DNA of 64,000 nucleotides from Alphaproteobacteria bacterium (GTDB lineage Bacteria > Pseudomonadota > Alphaproteobacteria > Rhodobacterales > Rhodobacteraceae): contig JAJRPO010000070.1 of assembly GCA_024280735.1 (NCBI GenBank), forward strand, positions 20,759 through 84,758, in the 5' to 3' direction. The notes under the pieces were generated by a model, which had not been told where the DNA came from, did not search any database, and saw nothing but the letters and a program-made list of their open reading frames with translations. Each line of letters opens with the position of its first letter. The stretch's first letter is position 1. Positions 10,860 through 26,061 of this stretch are shown here, piece after piece. Both the position numbers and the translations under genes were made by a program.

Positions 10860-11351
10860 ATGGCTTTCGATTACGTCCGCGCGACCAAATATTTCCTGTT
10901 GATGGATTTCCTCAACGGTTTCAAACTGGGGATGAAGTACTTTTTCCGCCCCAAGGCGACCCTGAACTACCCGCATGAAAAAGGCCCGCTTTCCCCGCGT
11001 TTTCGCGGTGAACATGCCTTGCGCCGCTATGCCAATGGCGAGGAACGCTGCATTGCTTGTAAATTGTGCGAAGCGATTTGCCCGGCGCAAGCCATTACCA
11101 TTGACGCAGAACCGCGCGAGGATGGCTCGCGCCGGACCACGCGCTATGACATCGACATGACCAAATGCATCTATTGCGGTTTTTGCCAAGAGGCCTGTCC
11201 GGTGGATGCCATTGTAGAAGGTCCGAATTTCGAGTTTTCCACCGAGACCCGCGAAGAGCTGTTCTATGACAAGGAACGCCTGCTGGATAACGGCGCCCGT
11301 TGGGAGGCAGAGATTGCCCGTAACCTAGAATTGGATGCGCCGTACCGATGA
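10860..11351 (+). CDS. nuoI: NADH-quinone oxidoreductase subunit I
   Basis: Two CxxCxxCxxxCP ferredoxin motifs. Confidence 0.98.
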   Translation: MAFDYVRATKYFLLMDFLNGFKLGMKYFFRPKATLNYPHEKGPLSPRFRGEHALRRYANGEERCIACKLCEAICPAQAITIDAEPREDGSRRTTRYDIDMTKCIYCGFCQEACPVDAIVEGPNFEFSTETREELFYDKERLLDNGARWEAEIARNLELDAPYR

Positions 11352-11389
11352 CCCATTTCAGCCCTCAAGATAAGGAACTGGCACAATGA
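11348..11389 (+). other. 13-codon bridging mini-ORF between nuoI and nuoJ
   Basis: [13 protein letters not shown], with ATGA overlaps at both ends. Confidence 0.4.
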
Positions 11390-12000
11390 CCATTACCCTT
11401 TTCGCCTTTTACGTCTTTGCCGCCACGGCCATCGGCTCCGGTCTGCTGGTGGTGTTGGCGCGCAACCCTGTGCATTCCGTCCTGTGGCTGATCCTCGCGT
11501 TCTTTAGCGTCGCGGGTCTGTTTGTGCTGATGGGCGCGGAATATATCGCCATGCTGCTGGCCATTGTTTATGTGGGCGCGGTGGCGGTGCTGTTCCTGTT
11601 TGTGGTGATGATGCTGGACGTCGACTTTGTGCAGCTGCGCAGCGGTGTCGCCAATTACCTGCCGTTTGGGGCGCTGATCGCGGGCATCCTGTTAATGGAG
11701 CTGGGCATGGTCTACGGCCATTGGACCTTTGCCGGTGAGGCCGGAAATCTGTTGCAATCGCCGACGCCTGATTTGACTGAGGTGCCCAACACCTACGCGC
11801 TGGGGCAGTTGATTTATACGGATTATATCTATCTGTTTCAGGCGTCTGGTCTGATCCTGCTGGTCGCGATGATCGGCGCAATTGTGCTGACCCTGCGCCA
11901 CCGCACCGACATCAAGCGCCAGAGCGTGGTTGCACAGATGCACCGCGATCCAGCCAAGGCAATGGAAATGCGCGACGTAAAACCGGGGCAAGGGCTATGA
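11386..12000 (+). CDS. nuoJ: NADH-quinone oxidoreductase subunit J
   Basis: NPVHSVLWL and [17 protein letters not shown] motifs. Confidence 0.97.
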   Translation: MTITLFAFYVFAATAIGSGLLVVLARNPVHSVLWLILAFFSVAGLFVLMGAEYIAMLLAIVYVGAVAVLFLFVVMMLDVDFVQLRSGVANYLPFGALIAGILLMELGMVYGHWTFAGEAGNLLQSPTPDLTEVPNTYALGQLIYTDYIYLFQASGLILLVAMIGAIVLTLRHRTDIKRQSVVAQMHRDPAKAMEMRDVKPGQGL

Positions 12001-12302
12001 TTACACTTGAACATTATCTCGCAGTGGCGGCCGTTCTGTTTGTGATTGGCATATTCGGCATCTTCGTGAACCGCAAAAACGTCATCATCATCCTGATGTC
12101 GATTGAATTGATGCTGTTGGCGGTGAACGTCAATCTGGTGGCCTTTTCGGTGCATCTGGGTGATCTCGTTGGGCAGGTATTTACCCTGTTTGTGCTGACG
12201 GTCGCCGCCGCCGAGGCCGCGATTGGTCTTGCAATTTTGGTCTGTTTCTTCCGCAACCGTGGCACGATCGCGGTGGAAGATGTGAATGTGATGAAGGGCT
12301 AA
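11997..12302 (+). CDS. nuoK: NADH-quinone oxidoreductase subunit K
   Basis: SIELML and [11 protein letters not shown] motifs. Confidence 0.97.
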   Translation: MITLEHYLAVAAVLFVIGIFGIFVNRKNVIIILMSIELMLLAVNVNLVAFSVHLGDLVGQVFTLFVLTVAAAEAAIGLAILVCFFRNRGTIAVEDVNVMKG

Positions 12303-12307
12303 GGGAC

Positions 12308-14284
12308 ATGGAACAAATACTCCTGTTTGCGCCGCTGGTTGGCGCGCTGATCTGTGGATTTGGCTGGAAAATGCTGGGTGAGAACTTAGCTACCTACATC
12401 TCGACGGGCATGCTGTTTTTAACGGCGTTTCTGTCTTGGGTGGTGTTTTTCACCTATCACGGGCCAGAGGCCGAAGTGATTACCCTGTTCAAATGGGTCG
12501 AGAGTGGTTCACTTTCCACCGACTGGGCGATTCGCATTGACCGCTTAACGGCGATTATGCTGGTGGTCATTTCCACTGTATCCAGCCTCGTTCACCTCTA
12601 TTCCATCGGCTATATGGCCCATGACGAGAATTTCCCCAAAGGCGCGAGTTATCGTCCACGGTTCTTTGCCTATCTGTCGTTCTTTACCTTTGCCATGCTG
12701 ATGCTGGTGACCTCCGACAACCTGTTGCAACTGTTTTTCGGTTGGGAAGGCGTGGGCGTTGCCTCGTATCTGCTGATCGGGTTTTATTATCGCAAGCCAA
12801 GCGCCAATGCAGCCGCGATCAAGGCTTTTGTGGTCAACCGCGTCGGGGATTTTGGTTTTGCCTTGGGCATCTTCGCCCTGTTCATGATGACCGACAGCAT
12901 CAATTTCAGCGAAGTTCTGGACCCCCATAACGCGGAAGCGTTAAGCCAGACCAGCATCCAATTCCTAAGCTGGGAAATGAATGCTCTGGAGGTTATCACC
13001 TTCCTGCTGTTCGTCGGTGCCATGGGTAAATCGGCGCAGATTATTTTGCACACATGGCTGCCCGACGCGATGGAAGGGCCGACACCTGTGTCCGCCTTGA
13101 TCCACGCCGCGACCATGGTGACAGCTGGTGTCTTTATGATGTCCCGCATGGCACCGTTGTTGGAATACGCCACTTTCCCCCCGACGTTCATCGTCTTTAT
13201 CGGGGCCACCACGGCGTTTTTTGCGGCAACAGTTGGTCTGGTGCAAAACGACATCAAACGGGTGATCGCCTATTCAACCTGTAGCCAGCTTGGCTATATG
13301 TTTGTGGCTGTCGGCATCGGGGCCTATCCCGTCGCCATGTTCCACCTGTTCACCCACGCGTTCTTTAAGGCGATGTTATTCTTGGGCGCGGGTTCGGTGA
13401 TTACCGCAATGCACCACGAACAAGATATGCGCCGTTACGGTGGCTTGCGCAAAAAGATCCCGCTGACGTTTGCGGCGATGATGATCGGTACGCTTGCGAT
13501 TACCGGCGTTGGTATTCCGCTGACCTCGATTGGTTTCGCGGGTTTCATCTCCAAAGATGCCATCATCGAGAGCGCCTTTGCCGCTGGCCCGGGGGTCGCG
13601 CAATACGGCTTTATCATGCTGGTTATTGCGGCGCTGTTCACCAGTTTTTATTCTTGGCGTCTGATTTTCATGACCTTCTACGGCAAACCACGCGGCGACA
13701 AACATGCCCATGAACATGCTAAGGAAAGCCCGCTCACAATGCTGATCCCGCTGGGTGTGCTGGCTGTGGGCGCGATCTTCTCTGGTATGATCTGGTTGCC
13801 GGAGTTCTTCGGTCATCACATGGAGGAATGGTTCGGCGTAGCCACCTATTTCAACCATGAAACCAACCAAGTAATGCATGAAGCGCACGGTGTGCCCAAC
13901 TGGGTGAAAACCGCACCGTTCTGGGCAATGTTGCTGGGTTTTGTCACTGCCTGGTATTTCTACATCAAGAACACCAACGCGCCCAAAGCACTAGCGCACA
14001 GCCAGCGTCACTTGCATGCTTTCTTGCTGAACAAATGGTATTTTGACGAGTTGTATGACTTCATCTTTATCCGTCCGGCGAAATGGCTGGGCCACTTCCT
14101 TTGGAAAAAAGGCGATGGCCGCGTCATTGACGGCACTATTAACGGTATCGCCATGGGCATTGTGCCGTGGTTTACCAAACTCGCAGGCCGCGCACAGTCC
14201 GGCTATTTGTTTCACTACGCATTCTGGATGTTCGTCGGTATGGCCGCAATTATCACATGGTTCGCAATCGGGGGGGCACACTGA
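12308..14284 (+). CDS. nuoL: NADH-quinone oxidoreductase subunit L
   Basis: [22 protein letters not shown] and HAFFKA motifs. Confidence 0.98.
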   Translation: MEQILLFAPLVGALICGFGWKMLGENLATYISTGMLFLTAFLSWVVFFTYHGPEAEVITLFKWVESGSLSTDWAIRIDRLTAIMLVVISTVSSLVHLYSIGYMAHDENFPKGASYRPRFFAYLSFFTFAMLMLVTSDNLLQLFFGWEGVGVASYLLIGFYYRKPSANAAAIKAFVVNRVGDFGFALGIFALFMMTDSINFSEVLDPHNAEALSQTSIQFLSWEMNALEVITFLLFVGAMGKSAQIILHTWLPDAMEGPTPVSALIHAATMVTAGVFMMSRMAPLLEYATFPPTFIVFIGATTAFFAATVGLVQNDIKRVIAYSTCSQLGYMFVAVGIGAYPVAMFHLFTHAFFKAMLFLGAGSVITAMHHEQDMRRYGGLRKKIPLTFAAMMIGTLAITGVGIPLTSIGFAGFISKDAIIESAFAAGPGVAQYGFIMLVIAALFTSFYSWRLIFMTFYGKPRGDKHAHEHAKESPLTMLIPLGVLAVGAIFSGMIWLPEFFGHHMEEWFGVATYFNHETNQVMHEAHGVPNWVKTAPFWAMLLGFVTAWYFYIKNTNAPKALAHSQRHLHAFLLNKWYFDELYDFIFIRPAKWLGHFLWKKGDGRVIDGTINGIAMGIVPWFTKLAGRAQSGYLFHYAFWMFVGMAAIITWFAIGGAH

Positions 14285-15828
14285 TGGATACCCTTCTTTC
14301 TGTCGTCACCTTCCTGCCAATGCTTGGCGCGGCTGTTTTGCTGATCTTCCTGCGGGGCGATGGCGCGTTCGAACAGCGCAATGCCAAGCTGGTGGCGCTG
14401 CTGGCCACGTCCCTGACCTTCATTGTGTCAATTGCGATTTATACGGAATTTGATGCCTCCAACCCGGGCTTTCAGTTGGTTGAGGAATACGAGTGGATCG
14501 CGGGCCTTAAGTATAAGGTTGGCATCGACGGTATTTCGATCCTGTTTGTTTTGCTGACCACATTCTTGATGCCCATCGTTATTCTGGCCTGTTGGGGCGT
14601 TTCCCACCGTGTCAAAGAATACATGGTGATGTTCCTGATGCTGGAAACCCTGATGATTGCCGTGTTTACCGCGCTTGATCTGGTGCTTTTCTATGTGGTG
14701 TTTGAGGCGGGGCTGATCCCGATGTTCCTGATTGTGGGCATTTGGGGGGGGAAAGATCGCGTTTATGCGGCGTTCAAATTCTTCCTCTATACGCTGCTGG
14801 GGTCTGTGTTGATGCTGATCGCCATGCTGGTGATGTGGTATGACGCGGGCACAACCGATATTCCAACCCTGATGAACCACCAGTTCGCCAGCGAGGATTT
14901 CACCCTGCTGGGCATAACGGTGGTGGGTGGTTTGCAAACCATGCTGTTCCTCGCGTTCTTCGCCAGCTTTGCGGTTAAAATGCCTATGTGGCCGGTTCAC
15001 ACTTGGCTGCCCGATGCACACGTTCAGGCCCCGACGGCGGGTTCTGTGGTGCTGGCGGCAATCCTGCTGAAAATGGGCGGCTATGGTTTCTTGCGCTTTG
15101 CCTTGCCGATGTTCCCTGTGGGGTCATTTGTGATGGCTGATTTTGTGATGACCCTGTCGGTGATTGCGATTATCTATACCTCGCTTGTGGCGTTGATGCA
15201 GGAAGACATGAAAAAGCTGATAGCCTATTCATCCGTCGCCCATATGGGCTTTGTGACCATGGGTATTTTTGCCCTGAACAAACAGGGCATTGATGGCGCG
15301 ATTTTCCAGATGATCAGTCACGGCTTTATCTCTGGCGCCTTGTTCTTGGGTGTTGGGGTGATCTATGACCGGATGCACACGCGGGACATTGACGCTTACG
15401 GCGGTCTGGTGATGCGGATGCCGGTTTATGCGCTGGTGTTCATGCTGTTCACTATGGCCAATGTCGGTCTGCCGGGGACATCCGGTTTTGTCGGCGAATT
15501 CCTGACCCTTGTTGGTGCCTTTAAAGCCAACACCTGGGTGGCCTTTGGTGCAACCACTGGCGTGATCTTGTCGGCGGGCTATGCCCTGTGGCTGTATCGC
15601 CGCGTGGTGCTGGGCGATTTGATCAAGGCCTCGCTGATGACCATCACCGATATGAACGGGCGTGAAAAACTGATGATGGCCCCGCTGATATTCTTCACCC
15701 TGCTGCTGGGCATATACCCCGCCTTGGTGCTGGATCTGATCGGGCCGTCTGTTGACGCGCTGGTTGAAAACTTTGACACCGCAACGGTGGCTTTGCATGA
15801 TGCACTGCCCGCCAAAGCAACACATTAA
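14284..15828 (+). CDS. nuoM: NADH-quinone oxidoreductase subunit M
   Basis: [12 protein letters not shown] motif; ATG overlaps the nuoL stop (TGATG). Confidence 0.97.
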   Translation: MDTLLSVVTFLPMLGAAVLLIFLRGDGAFEQRNAKLVALLATSLTFIVSIAIYTEFDASNPGFQLVEEYEWIAGLKYKVGIDGISILFVLLTTFLMPIVILACWGVSHRVKEYMVMFLMLETLMIAVFTALDLVLFYVVFEAGLIPMFLIVGIWGGKDRVYAAFKFFLYTLLGSVLMLIAMLVMWYDAGTTDIPTLMNHQFASEDFTLLGITVVGGLQTMLFLAFFASFAVKMPMWPVHTWLPDAHVQAPTAGSVVLAAILLKMGGYGFLRFALPMFPVGSFVMADFVMTLSVIAIIYTSLVALMQEDMKKLIAYSSVAHMGFVTMGIFALNKQGIDGAIFQMISHGFISGALFLGVGVIYDRMHTRDIDAYGGLVMRMPVYALVFMLFTMANVGLPGTSGFVGEFLTLVGAFKANTWVAFGATTGVILSAGYALWLYRRVVLGDLIKASLMTITDMNGREKLMMAPLIFFTLLLGIYPALVLDLIGPSVDALVENFDTATVALHDALPAKATH

Positions 15829-15840
15829 GGAGCGGCAGCG

Positions 15841-17280
15841 ATGATTGCTAATGATCTGAACACTGTCCTGCCAGAACTTATTCTGGCCGTTTACGCCATG
15901 GGCGCGCTGATGTTTGCGGTTTATACCGGCAAAGACCGCACCACGCCGTTGCTGATCTGGGTCACGGCGCTGTTGATGTTTGGCCTTGGGGGCTGGATCG
16001 CACTGATGCCGGATGGCTCACACGAGGCCTTTAACGGTGCTTTCATTGATGACGGGTTTTCACGTTTTACCAAAACCTTGATGCTCTGGGCTTCTGGCCT
16101 CGTGTTATTGCTGTCCAAGGACTACCTGTCGCGCAATGACATGCTGAAATTCGAGTTTCCAATCCTGATCGCATTGGCCACAGTGGGCATGATGATGATG
16201 GTCAGCGCGGGTGATTTGATGTCGCTGTACATGGGGCTGGAATTGCAATCCCTGTCACTTTATGTCATTGCCGCTTTCCGCCGTGACAGCCTGAAATCAA
16301 CCGAAGCCGGGCTGAAATATTTCGTGCTTGGCGCATTGTCATCGGGCATGTTGCTCTATGGTGCCAGCTTTGTTTACGGCACGACAGGCACAACCAATTT
16401 TGCTGGCATCAGCAGCGTTATCGCAGCAGAGGGCATGACCCTTGGCATGTTGTTTGGCATGGTGTTCATGTGCGTTGGTCTGGGGTTCAAAATATCGGCA
16501 GCGCCGTTCCACATGTGGACGCCGGATGTATATGAGGGATCCCCGACACCGGTCACCGCCTTTTTTGCCTCTGCCCCCAAAGTGGCCGCCGCTGGCCTGT
16601 TCGCCCGCGTCATGCATGATGCGTTCGGGGACGCGACTGCTGACTGGACGCAGATCATTGCGTTCCTGTCCTTGGTATCGATGTTCCTTGGCGCGGTTGC
16701 GGCGATTGGGCAGACCAATATTAAACGCCTGATGGCCTATTCCTCGATTGCCCATATGGGGTTTGCTTTGATGGGCTTGGCCTCTGGCACACAGGAAGGC
16801 GTGCAAGCGCTGCTGATCTATATGGCGATCTATGTGGTGATGAATATCGGCACTTTCGCCTTTATCCTGAACATGGAAAAAGATGGCCGCGCAGTGACAG
16901 ACATCCGTTCCCTTGGCATGTATTCCAAGGTGTCGCCGGGGCGCGCGTTGGCGTTGGTGGTGTTGATGTTCTCGCTGGCGGGTATCCCGCCGCTGGTTGG
17001 TTTCTTTGGTAAGTTGTTTGTATTGCAAGCGGCGGTGAATGCGGGCCTCACTTGGCTGGCTATTGCCGGTGTGATTGCCTCGGTGATTGGTGCTTTCTAT
17101 TACTTGCGCATCATCTACTACATCTACTTCGGCGCCGAAACTGATGGCCTTGAGGTGAGAATGCCAACGCTGCATTACGCCGTTCTGATTGCCAGTGCCG
17201 CGATCATGCTGTTTGGTTCGATCAACTTGTTTGGCCTAGAAGCCTACGCCGGTGCCGCTGCGGAAGCATTGCTTAAGTGA
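15841..17280 (+). CDS. nuoN: NADH-quinone oxidoreductase subunit N
   Basis: EAGLKYF and [12 protein letters not shown] motifs. Confidence 0.97.
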   Translation: MIANDLNTVLPELILAVYAMGALMFAVYTGKDRTTPLLIWVTALLMFGLGGWIALMPDGSHEAFNGAFIDDGFSRFTKTLMLWASGLVLLLSKDYLSRNDMLKFEFPILIALATVGMMMMVSAGDLMSLYMGLELQSLSLYVIAAFRRDSLKSTEAGLKYFVLGALSSGMLLYGASFVYGTTGTTNFAGISSVIAAEGMTLGMLFGMVFMCVGLGFKISAAPFHMWTPDVYEGSPTPVTAFFASAPKVAAAGLFARVMHDAFGDATADWTQIIAFLSLVSMFLGAVAAIGQTNIKRLMAYSSIAHMGFALMGLASGTQEGVQALLIYMAIYVVMNIGTFAFILNMEKDGRAVTDIRSLGMYSKVSPGRALALVVLMFSLAGIPPLVGFFGKLFVLQAAVNAGLTWLAIAGVIASVIGAFYYLRIIYYIYFGAETDGLEVRMPTLHYAVLIASAAIMLFGSINLFGLEAYAGAAAEALLK

Positions 17281-18044
17281 TGATTGACTGGCCCCACAAT
17301 GTGGGGCGGATCACGCTTGATACTGTGGACAGCACCATGAGCGAGGCCCGCCGCAGGGCTTCGGACATCTCCGCCCCGACTTGGATACATGCGCAAACCC
17401 AAACCGCCGGAACAGGCCGGCGCGGGCGCGCTTGGGATACGGGGCATGGGAATTTTTCTGCCAGCCTGTTGATGCGTCCCAAGGGCGCGCCCGCCGATCT
17501 GGCCTTGCGCAGTTTTGTGGCGGCGTTGGCCCTGTTCGATACACTGGTGGCAGTCACAGGGCGCGCGGATATTTTCACCCTGAAATGGCCCAATGATGTG
17601 TTGCTGCGCGGTGGTAAACTGGCGGGGATATTGCTGGAAACCGTCCCGAACGGGTTGGTGATTGGCGTTGGGGTGAATCTGAAAACCCTACCGCGCGCTG
17701 GTGTTCTCGAACCCAAGGCCGTGTCGCCCAAATCTTTACAGGCTGAAACAAATGTGGCTATTCAACCGGTCGATTTTCTGGATATTCTAGCTCCCAGTTT
17801 TGCCCGCTGGGAGGTCCAGATGGCCACATATGGTTTTGCACCGATCCGAACTGCGTGGCTGGCACAGGCGGCCAATCTTGGTAGGCCTGTCCGCGCGCAG
17901 GTCGGCGGTGAGGCCGTTCACGGCACCTTCACCACCATAGACGAGCAGGGCGCGCTTGTATTAGAAACCGCCAAGGGCTTGCGTAAAATATCCGCAGGTG
18001 ATGTGCATTTCAACGAGGAGTGGCAAAATGCTGCTGGCCATTGA
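17277..18044 (+). CDS. birA: biotin--[acetyl-CoA carboxylase] ligase (no HTH domain)
   Basis: [18 protein letters not shown] and KLAGIL motifs. Confidence 0.93.
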   Translation: MMIDWPHNVGRITLDTVDSTMSEARRRASDISAPTWIHAQTQTAGTGRRGRAWDTGHGNFSASLLMRPKGAPADLALRSFVAALALFDTLVAVTGRADIFTLKWPNDVLLRGGKLAGILLETVPNGLVIGVGVNLKTLPRAGVLEPKAVSPKSLQAETNVAIQPVDFLDILAPSFARWEVQMATYGFAPIRTAWLAQAANLGRPVRAQVGGEAVHGTFTTIDEQGALVLETAKGLRKISAGDVHFNEEWQNAAGH

Positions 18045-18798
18045 TGTAGGCAATACCAACACGGTTTTTGCGGTTTATGACGGGGACCGCGAGCTGGCCG
18101 AATGGCGCTGCGCAACCGAGCATGAACGCACGGCGGATCAATATTACGTCTGGCTGCGCCACCTGATGCAGCTCAACGATATCCCCACCAATATCGACCG
18201 GGTGGTGATTTCATCTGTGGTGCCCAAAGTTGTGTTCAACATGCGGGTGCTGTGCGACAAATATTTCAGCTGCCGTCCGTTGGTTGTTGGCAAACCTGGC
18301 TGTAATCTGGGTGTCGAAACCCGCGTTGACACGGGTACAATTGTCGGCGCGGATCGGCTGGTAAACACAGTCGCGGCCTTTGATCGCTTTGGCGGAGACT
18401 TGATTGTGGTGGATTTTGGCACCGCCACCACCTTTGATGTTGTGGATCAAGACGGGGCCTATATTGGCGGTGTTATCGCGCCTGGTGTAAATCTATCAGT
18501 CAAAGCCCTGCATGAGGCCGCCGCCGCACTGCCCCATATTGACGTTACCCAACCGGATGTCGTAATAGGCACAAATACCGTGGCCTGTATGCAGTCCGGT
18601 GTCTTCTGGGGCTATATTGGCCTTGTTGAAGGCATTTGCAGCAAAATCCGCGCGGAACATCCACGCCCTATGAAAGTCATTGGCACTGGTGGATTGGCTT
18701 CGTTGTTTGACCGCGGTACCGAAATTTTTGACGCCATCGAAAACGACCTGACCATGCATGGCCTAGTGTTGATCGAGGCACTGAACGAAAGAGAATAA
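18028..18798 (+). CDS. coaX: type III pantothenate kinase
   Basis: DVGNT, GADR and DFGTATT motifs. Confidence 0.95.
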   Translation: MLLAIDVGNTNTVFAVYDGDRELAEWRCATEHERTADQYYVWLRHLMQLNDIPTNIDRVVISSVVPKVVFNMRVLCDKYFSCRPLVVGKPGCNLGVETRVDTGTIVGADRLVNTVAAFDRFGGDLIVVDFGTATTFDVVDQDGAYIGGVIAPGVNLSVKALHEAAAALPHIDVTQPDVVIGTNTVACMQSGVFWGYIGLVEGICSKIRAEHPRPMKVIGTGGLASLFDRGTEIFDAIENDLTMHGLVLIEALNERE

Positions 18799-18803
18799 CT
18801 CTG

Positions 18804-20477
18804 ATGAGTAAAAAGAACCGTTTGATTTATCTGCCCCTCGGTGGGGCCGGTGAAATTGGCATGAATATGTACCTGTACGGCTATGGCCCCAAAGGTAAAG
18901 AACGCTTTATCCTTGTGGATGCCGGCGTGACATTCCCCAATATGGACCAAACACCGGGCGTTGATCTGATCATGCCGGATACCGCCTATATCGAGGCCCG
19001 CGCCGATCGCTTGGACGCGATTTTCATCACCCACGCCCATGAGGATCACGTAGGGGCCATCGGGCACCTGTTTTCCCGCATTCCGGCACCAATTTATGTG
19101 CGCAAATTTACCGGCGCCGTGGCGCGCACCAAAATGGAAGAGCACGGCCAAGACAGCCGCAATGTGAACGTCATGGGCCTGTGGCCAGAAATGGTAGAGG
19201 TCGGCCCGTTCAAGGTTGGCTTTATGCCCGTAGCGCATTCCATCCCAGAGGCATCCGGTCTGGTGATCGACAGCCCTGTTGGCCGTGTGATCCACTCTGG
19301 TGACTTTAAACTGGATCCGGACCCGATTGTGGGCGACCCGCATAACCCTGCATTGTTGCGGGAAATCGCGGGCGATGGCGTTCATGCGCTGATCTGCGAT
19401 TCGACCAATGTATTCAGCCCGAACCCCGGGAATTCTGAATCCGGTCTGCGCTCGGATATTTCCGCGCTCATCAAAGCTGCCAGCGGTATGATGGTGGCGA
19501 CGACTTTTGCCTCCAATGTGGCACGTCTGAAAACTCTGGCGCAGGCGGGTGTGGACGCGGGGCGCTCGATTGTGGTGCTGGGCCGTTCTATGCAACGGAT
19601 GATGGATTACGCCAATTTCGCCGAAGTTTTGCATGATTTTCCGCCAACAATTGATCTGGAGGATGCCCGCAGTATCCCCCGTGAAAACTTGATGTTGCTG
19701 GTGACCGGATCGCAAGGCGAGGGGCGTGCGGCCTCGGCGCAACTGGCGCGCGGTAAATATCGCGGGATTACTTTGCGTGAGGGGGATACGTTTTTGTTCT
19801 CCTCCAAGACCATTCCGGGTAATGAGCGTTCCGTTGGCGGCATTATGAATGCGTTTTCGGAACTAGGGGTTACGGTTCTGGATGACAACAGCGGCAACGT
19901 GCATGTGTCTGGCCACGCCAACCGCCCCGATTTGCTGGAAATGCACAGCCTGCTGCGCCCTAAAATGGTGATCCCGAACCACGGCGAACACCGACATTTG
20001 CGCGAACACGCCAATTTGGCGCGCGAACATGGCCGCGCCAGTGTGATTGCTCCCAATGGCAGTATCGTTGATATGACCGACGCAGAGCCGAAAATAATTG
20101 GCCATATCGAAACTGGCCGTATCTACCTTGATGGCAACGTGTTGATTGGTTCTTTTGACGGTGTGGTGTTGGACCGTATTCGCATGGCGACGCGGGGTAC
20201 GGTTGTGGTCAGCATTATGCTGGAAGACAATCGCCTGATTGGCGAAAGCTGGGCTGAAATCATGGGCCTGCCGGAAACTGGCAAGGTAGAAGCCAGCCTG
20301 CAAGACAGCATCGAGGAAGCCGTTGACCGCGAGCTGGACCGCGCCAAGCCTTCGCGTATGTCCAATGATGACGAAGTGGAAAACATCGTTCTTCGCGTAG
20401 TTTCCAAAATATGCCGCGATATGGTGGGTAAAAAACCGGTTTGCAAAGTGCTGATTAACCGTCTGGTAGACGGCTAA
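18804..20477 (+). CDS. rnj: ribonuclease J
   Basis: PLGGAGEIGMN, THAHEDH, HVSGHA and HGE motifs. Confidence 0.95.
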   Translation: MSKKNRLIYLPLGGAGEIGMNMYLYGYGPKGKERFILVDAGVTFPNMDQTPGVDLIMPDTAYIEARADRLDAIFITHAHEDHVGAIGHLFSRIPAPIYVRKFTGAVARTKMEEHGQDSRNVNVMGLWPEMVEVGPFKVGFMPVAHSIPEASGLVIDSPVGRVIHSGDFKLDPDPIVGDPHNPALLREIAGDGVHALICDSTNVFSPNPGNSESGLRSDISALIKAASGMMVATTFASNVARLKTLAQAGVDAGRSIVVLGRSMQRMMDYANFAEVLHDFPPTIDLEDARSIPRENLMLLVTGSQGEGRAASAQLARGKYRGITLREGDTFLFSSKTIPGNERSVGGIMNAFSELGVTVLDDNSGNVHVSGHANRPDLLEMHSLLRPKMVIPNHGEHRHLREHANLAREHGRASVIAPNGSIVDMTDAEPKIIGHIETGRIYLDGNVLIGSFDGVVLDRIRMATRGTVVVSIMLEDNRLIGESWAEIMGLPETGKVEASLQDSIEEAVDRELDRAKPSRMSNDDEVENIVLRVVSKICRDMVGKKPVCKVLINRLVDG

Positions 20478-20633
20478 AGCGTTGCGACTTTATGTTGAAA
20501 CGCATTTTCCCGCCTTTCGCTAAGGCTCAAATAGGAAATGCGTTGACCGATGGTTCAAACAAAAGCCGAAACGCTCTAGGCTGCGCCAATTTGGCCCGTT
20601 GAATTGGCGGGCGGGAACACCAGATTAAACCTT

Positions 20634-20975
20634 ATGATACGGCTTTTTAACGCATTGTTCCTGTCGGCTGTGCTGGTTGTTACCAGCATCGGCTTTGCCG
20701 TGGCGCGGGGCCAAAGCCATGACCTTGGCACAGATATGGTGATCTGTACCGGAACCGGGCTGATTGTGATGACAATTGGCCCGGACGGCGAACCGGTTGA
20801 GAAATTCCAGACCTGCCCCGATGCCCTGTCAATTTTTACGCCCAATTTGGCTGCACCAATTATGGCGGTGCAAGTTCTGTCCGGTGTTTTACAATTGGCA
20901 CCCCTTGGCGTTTTGGTGGGGCAGGGACGTCAAACCCTCACACCCTCGGCCCGTGGGCCACCTTTGGCTGTTTGA
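20634..20975 (+). CDS. DUF2946-like exported leader protein with C-terminal RGPP
   Basis: Signal/TM segment, ICTG, TCPD, terminal PSARGPPLAV; immediately upstream of a copper chaperone. Confidence 0.75.
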   Translation: MIRLFNALFLSAVLVVTSIGFAVARGQSHDLGTDMVICTGTGLIVMTIGPDGEPVEKFQTCPDALSIFTPNLAAPIMAVQVLSGVLQLAPLGVLVGQGRQTLTPSARGPPLAV

Positions 20976-21015
20976 TCTATTCACATTTCAAACAATCCTA
21001 CCAAAGGAAAAACAC

Positions 21016-21504
21016 ATGTCTTTCAAATCTGTAACTCTGGCAGCTGTTGCTGCTCTGTCTCTTGCTGTGCCGGCGTTTGCTGGTGACATCATGATCCAAG
21101 ACGCATACGTTCGTTCTTCTGGCGCAACTGCCAAAAGCGGGGCGGCGTTTATGGTGATCGTGAACAACGGCGACACCGATGACCGCCTGATTTCTGTGCG
21201 CTCTGACAGTGCGCGCAAGGTCGAGACCCACACCCATCTGATGACAGAAAACGGCGTAATGCAAATGCGCGAAGTAAAGGACGGCTTTGTCATTCCTGCG
21301 GGCGGCACCCATATGTTGCGGCGTGGTGGCGATCATTTGATGTTTATGGGGCTAAAGGGGGCCATGAAGCAGGATGAGACTGTATCTGTGACCCTGACCT
21401 TTGAACAGGCTGGTGAAATCACCCTTGATATTCCCGTTGATCTAAAGCGCAAGCCAAGGAAAATGGATCCTTCAAAGATGAAGCATAAAGCGCCGGACGA
21501 ATAA
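21016..21504 (+). CDS. periplasmic copper chaperone, PCu(A)C family
   Basis: Signal peptide; H-x-H...M-x-M...GGDHLM copper motif; AAAGGA RBS. Confidence 0.92.
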   Translation: MSFKSVTLAAVAALSLAVPAFAGDIMIQDAYVRSSGATAKSGAAFMVIVNNGDTDDRLISVRSDSARKVETHTHLMTENGVMQMREVKDGFVIPAGGTHMLRRGGDHLMFMGLKGAMKQDETVSVTLTFEQAGEITLDIPVDLKRKPRKMDPSKMKHKAPDE

Positions 21505-21579
21505 ACACGTCATCCTGCGCCGCTTCCTTTGGTAAATATTCACAATTCTGATGCACTTGTCTCGGATGAACGCCTATAA

Positions 21580-25826
<4,247 letters not shown>

Positions 25827-25842
25827 CCGAAAGTTCACAAAT

Positions 25843-25883
25843 GTTCCTATAAGGTTCTTGTTTTGTGAGAACATATGTGGAAC
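25843..25883 (+). promoter_or_regulatory. pair of alphaproteobacterial LexA (SOS) boxes
   Basis: GTTC-CTATAAG-GTTC (25843-25857) and GAAC-ATATGTG-GAAC (25869-25883), both perfect N7 direct repeats; extra GTTC at 25833. Confidence 0.85.
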
Positions 25884-25927
25884 AAAGTAATTACGGAAAC
25901 GCTAACGACACGATAGGAACCCAGATC

Positions 25928-26050
25928 ATGATGAAAGATATGCTCAGTATCATCCGCAAATCACCGCATTCAGTGCTGGAAGATTTGATCGGTGTTAGTG
26001 CAATTTTCACCATGGTTGTTGTGGGCCTGCACGTGCCAATGACGCTTTGA
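25928..26050 (+). CDS. 40-aa membrane microprotein, predicted SOS-inducible
   Basis: MMKDMLSIIRKSPHSVLEDLIGVSAIFTMVVVGLHVPMTL; AGGA upstream; C-terminal hydrophobic helix. Confidence 0.75.
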   Translation: MMKDMLSIIRKSPHSVLEDLIGVSAIFTMVVVGLHVPMTL

Positions 26051-26061
26051 TCCTCTTGCTC

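Noticed and set aside
18612-19742. 376-aa antisense ORF over coaX/rnj, and similar shadow ORFs over nuo, suf and gyrA
   Set aside because: Mirror frames of conserved genes, expected from codon bias; no domain signal
20499-20558. Inverted repeat and TTGACCGATGGTTCAA after rnj as a CueR or FNR site
   Set aside because: Spacing fits neither TTGAT-N4-ATCAA nor the CueR operator; may just be a 3' hairpin
20776-21015. N-terminal extension of the PCuAC ORF in the track
   Set aside because: It overlaps the DUF2946-like gene; RBS and signal peptide indicate a start at 21016
25865-25927. GTG-extended start of the SOS microprotein
   Set aside because: It lies within the LexA boxes/promoter region; the RBS supports ATG 25928 or 25931
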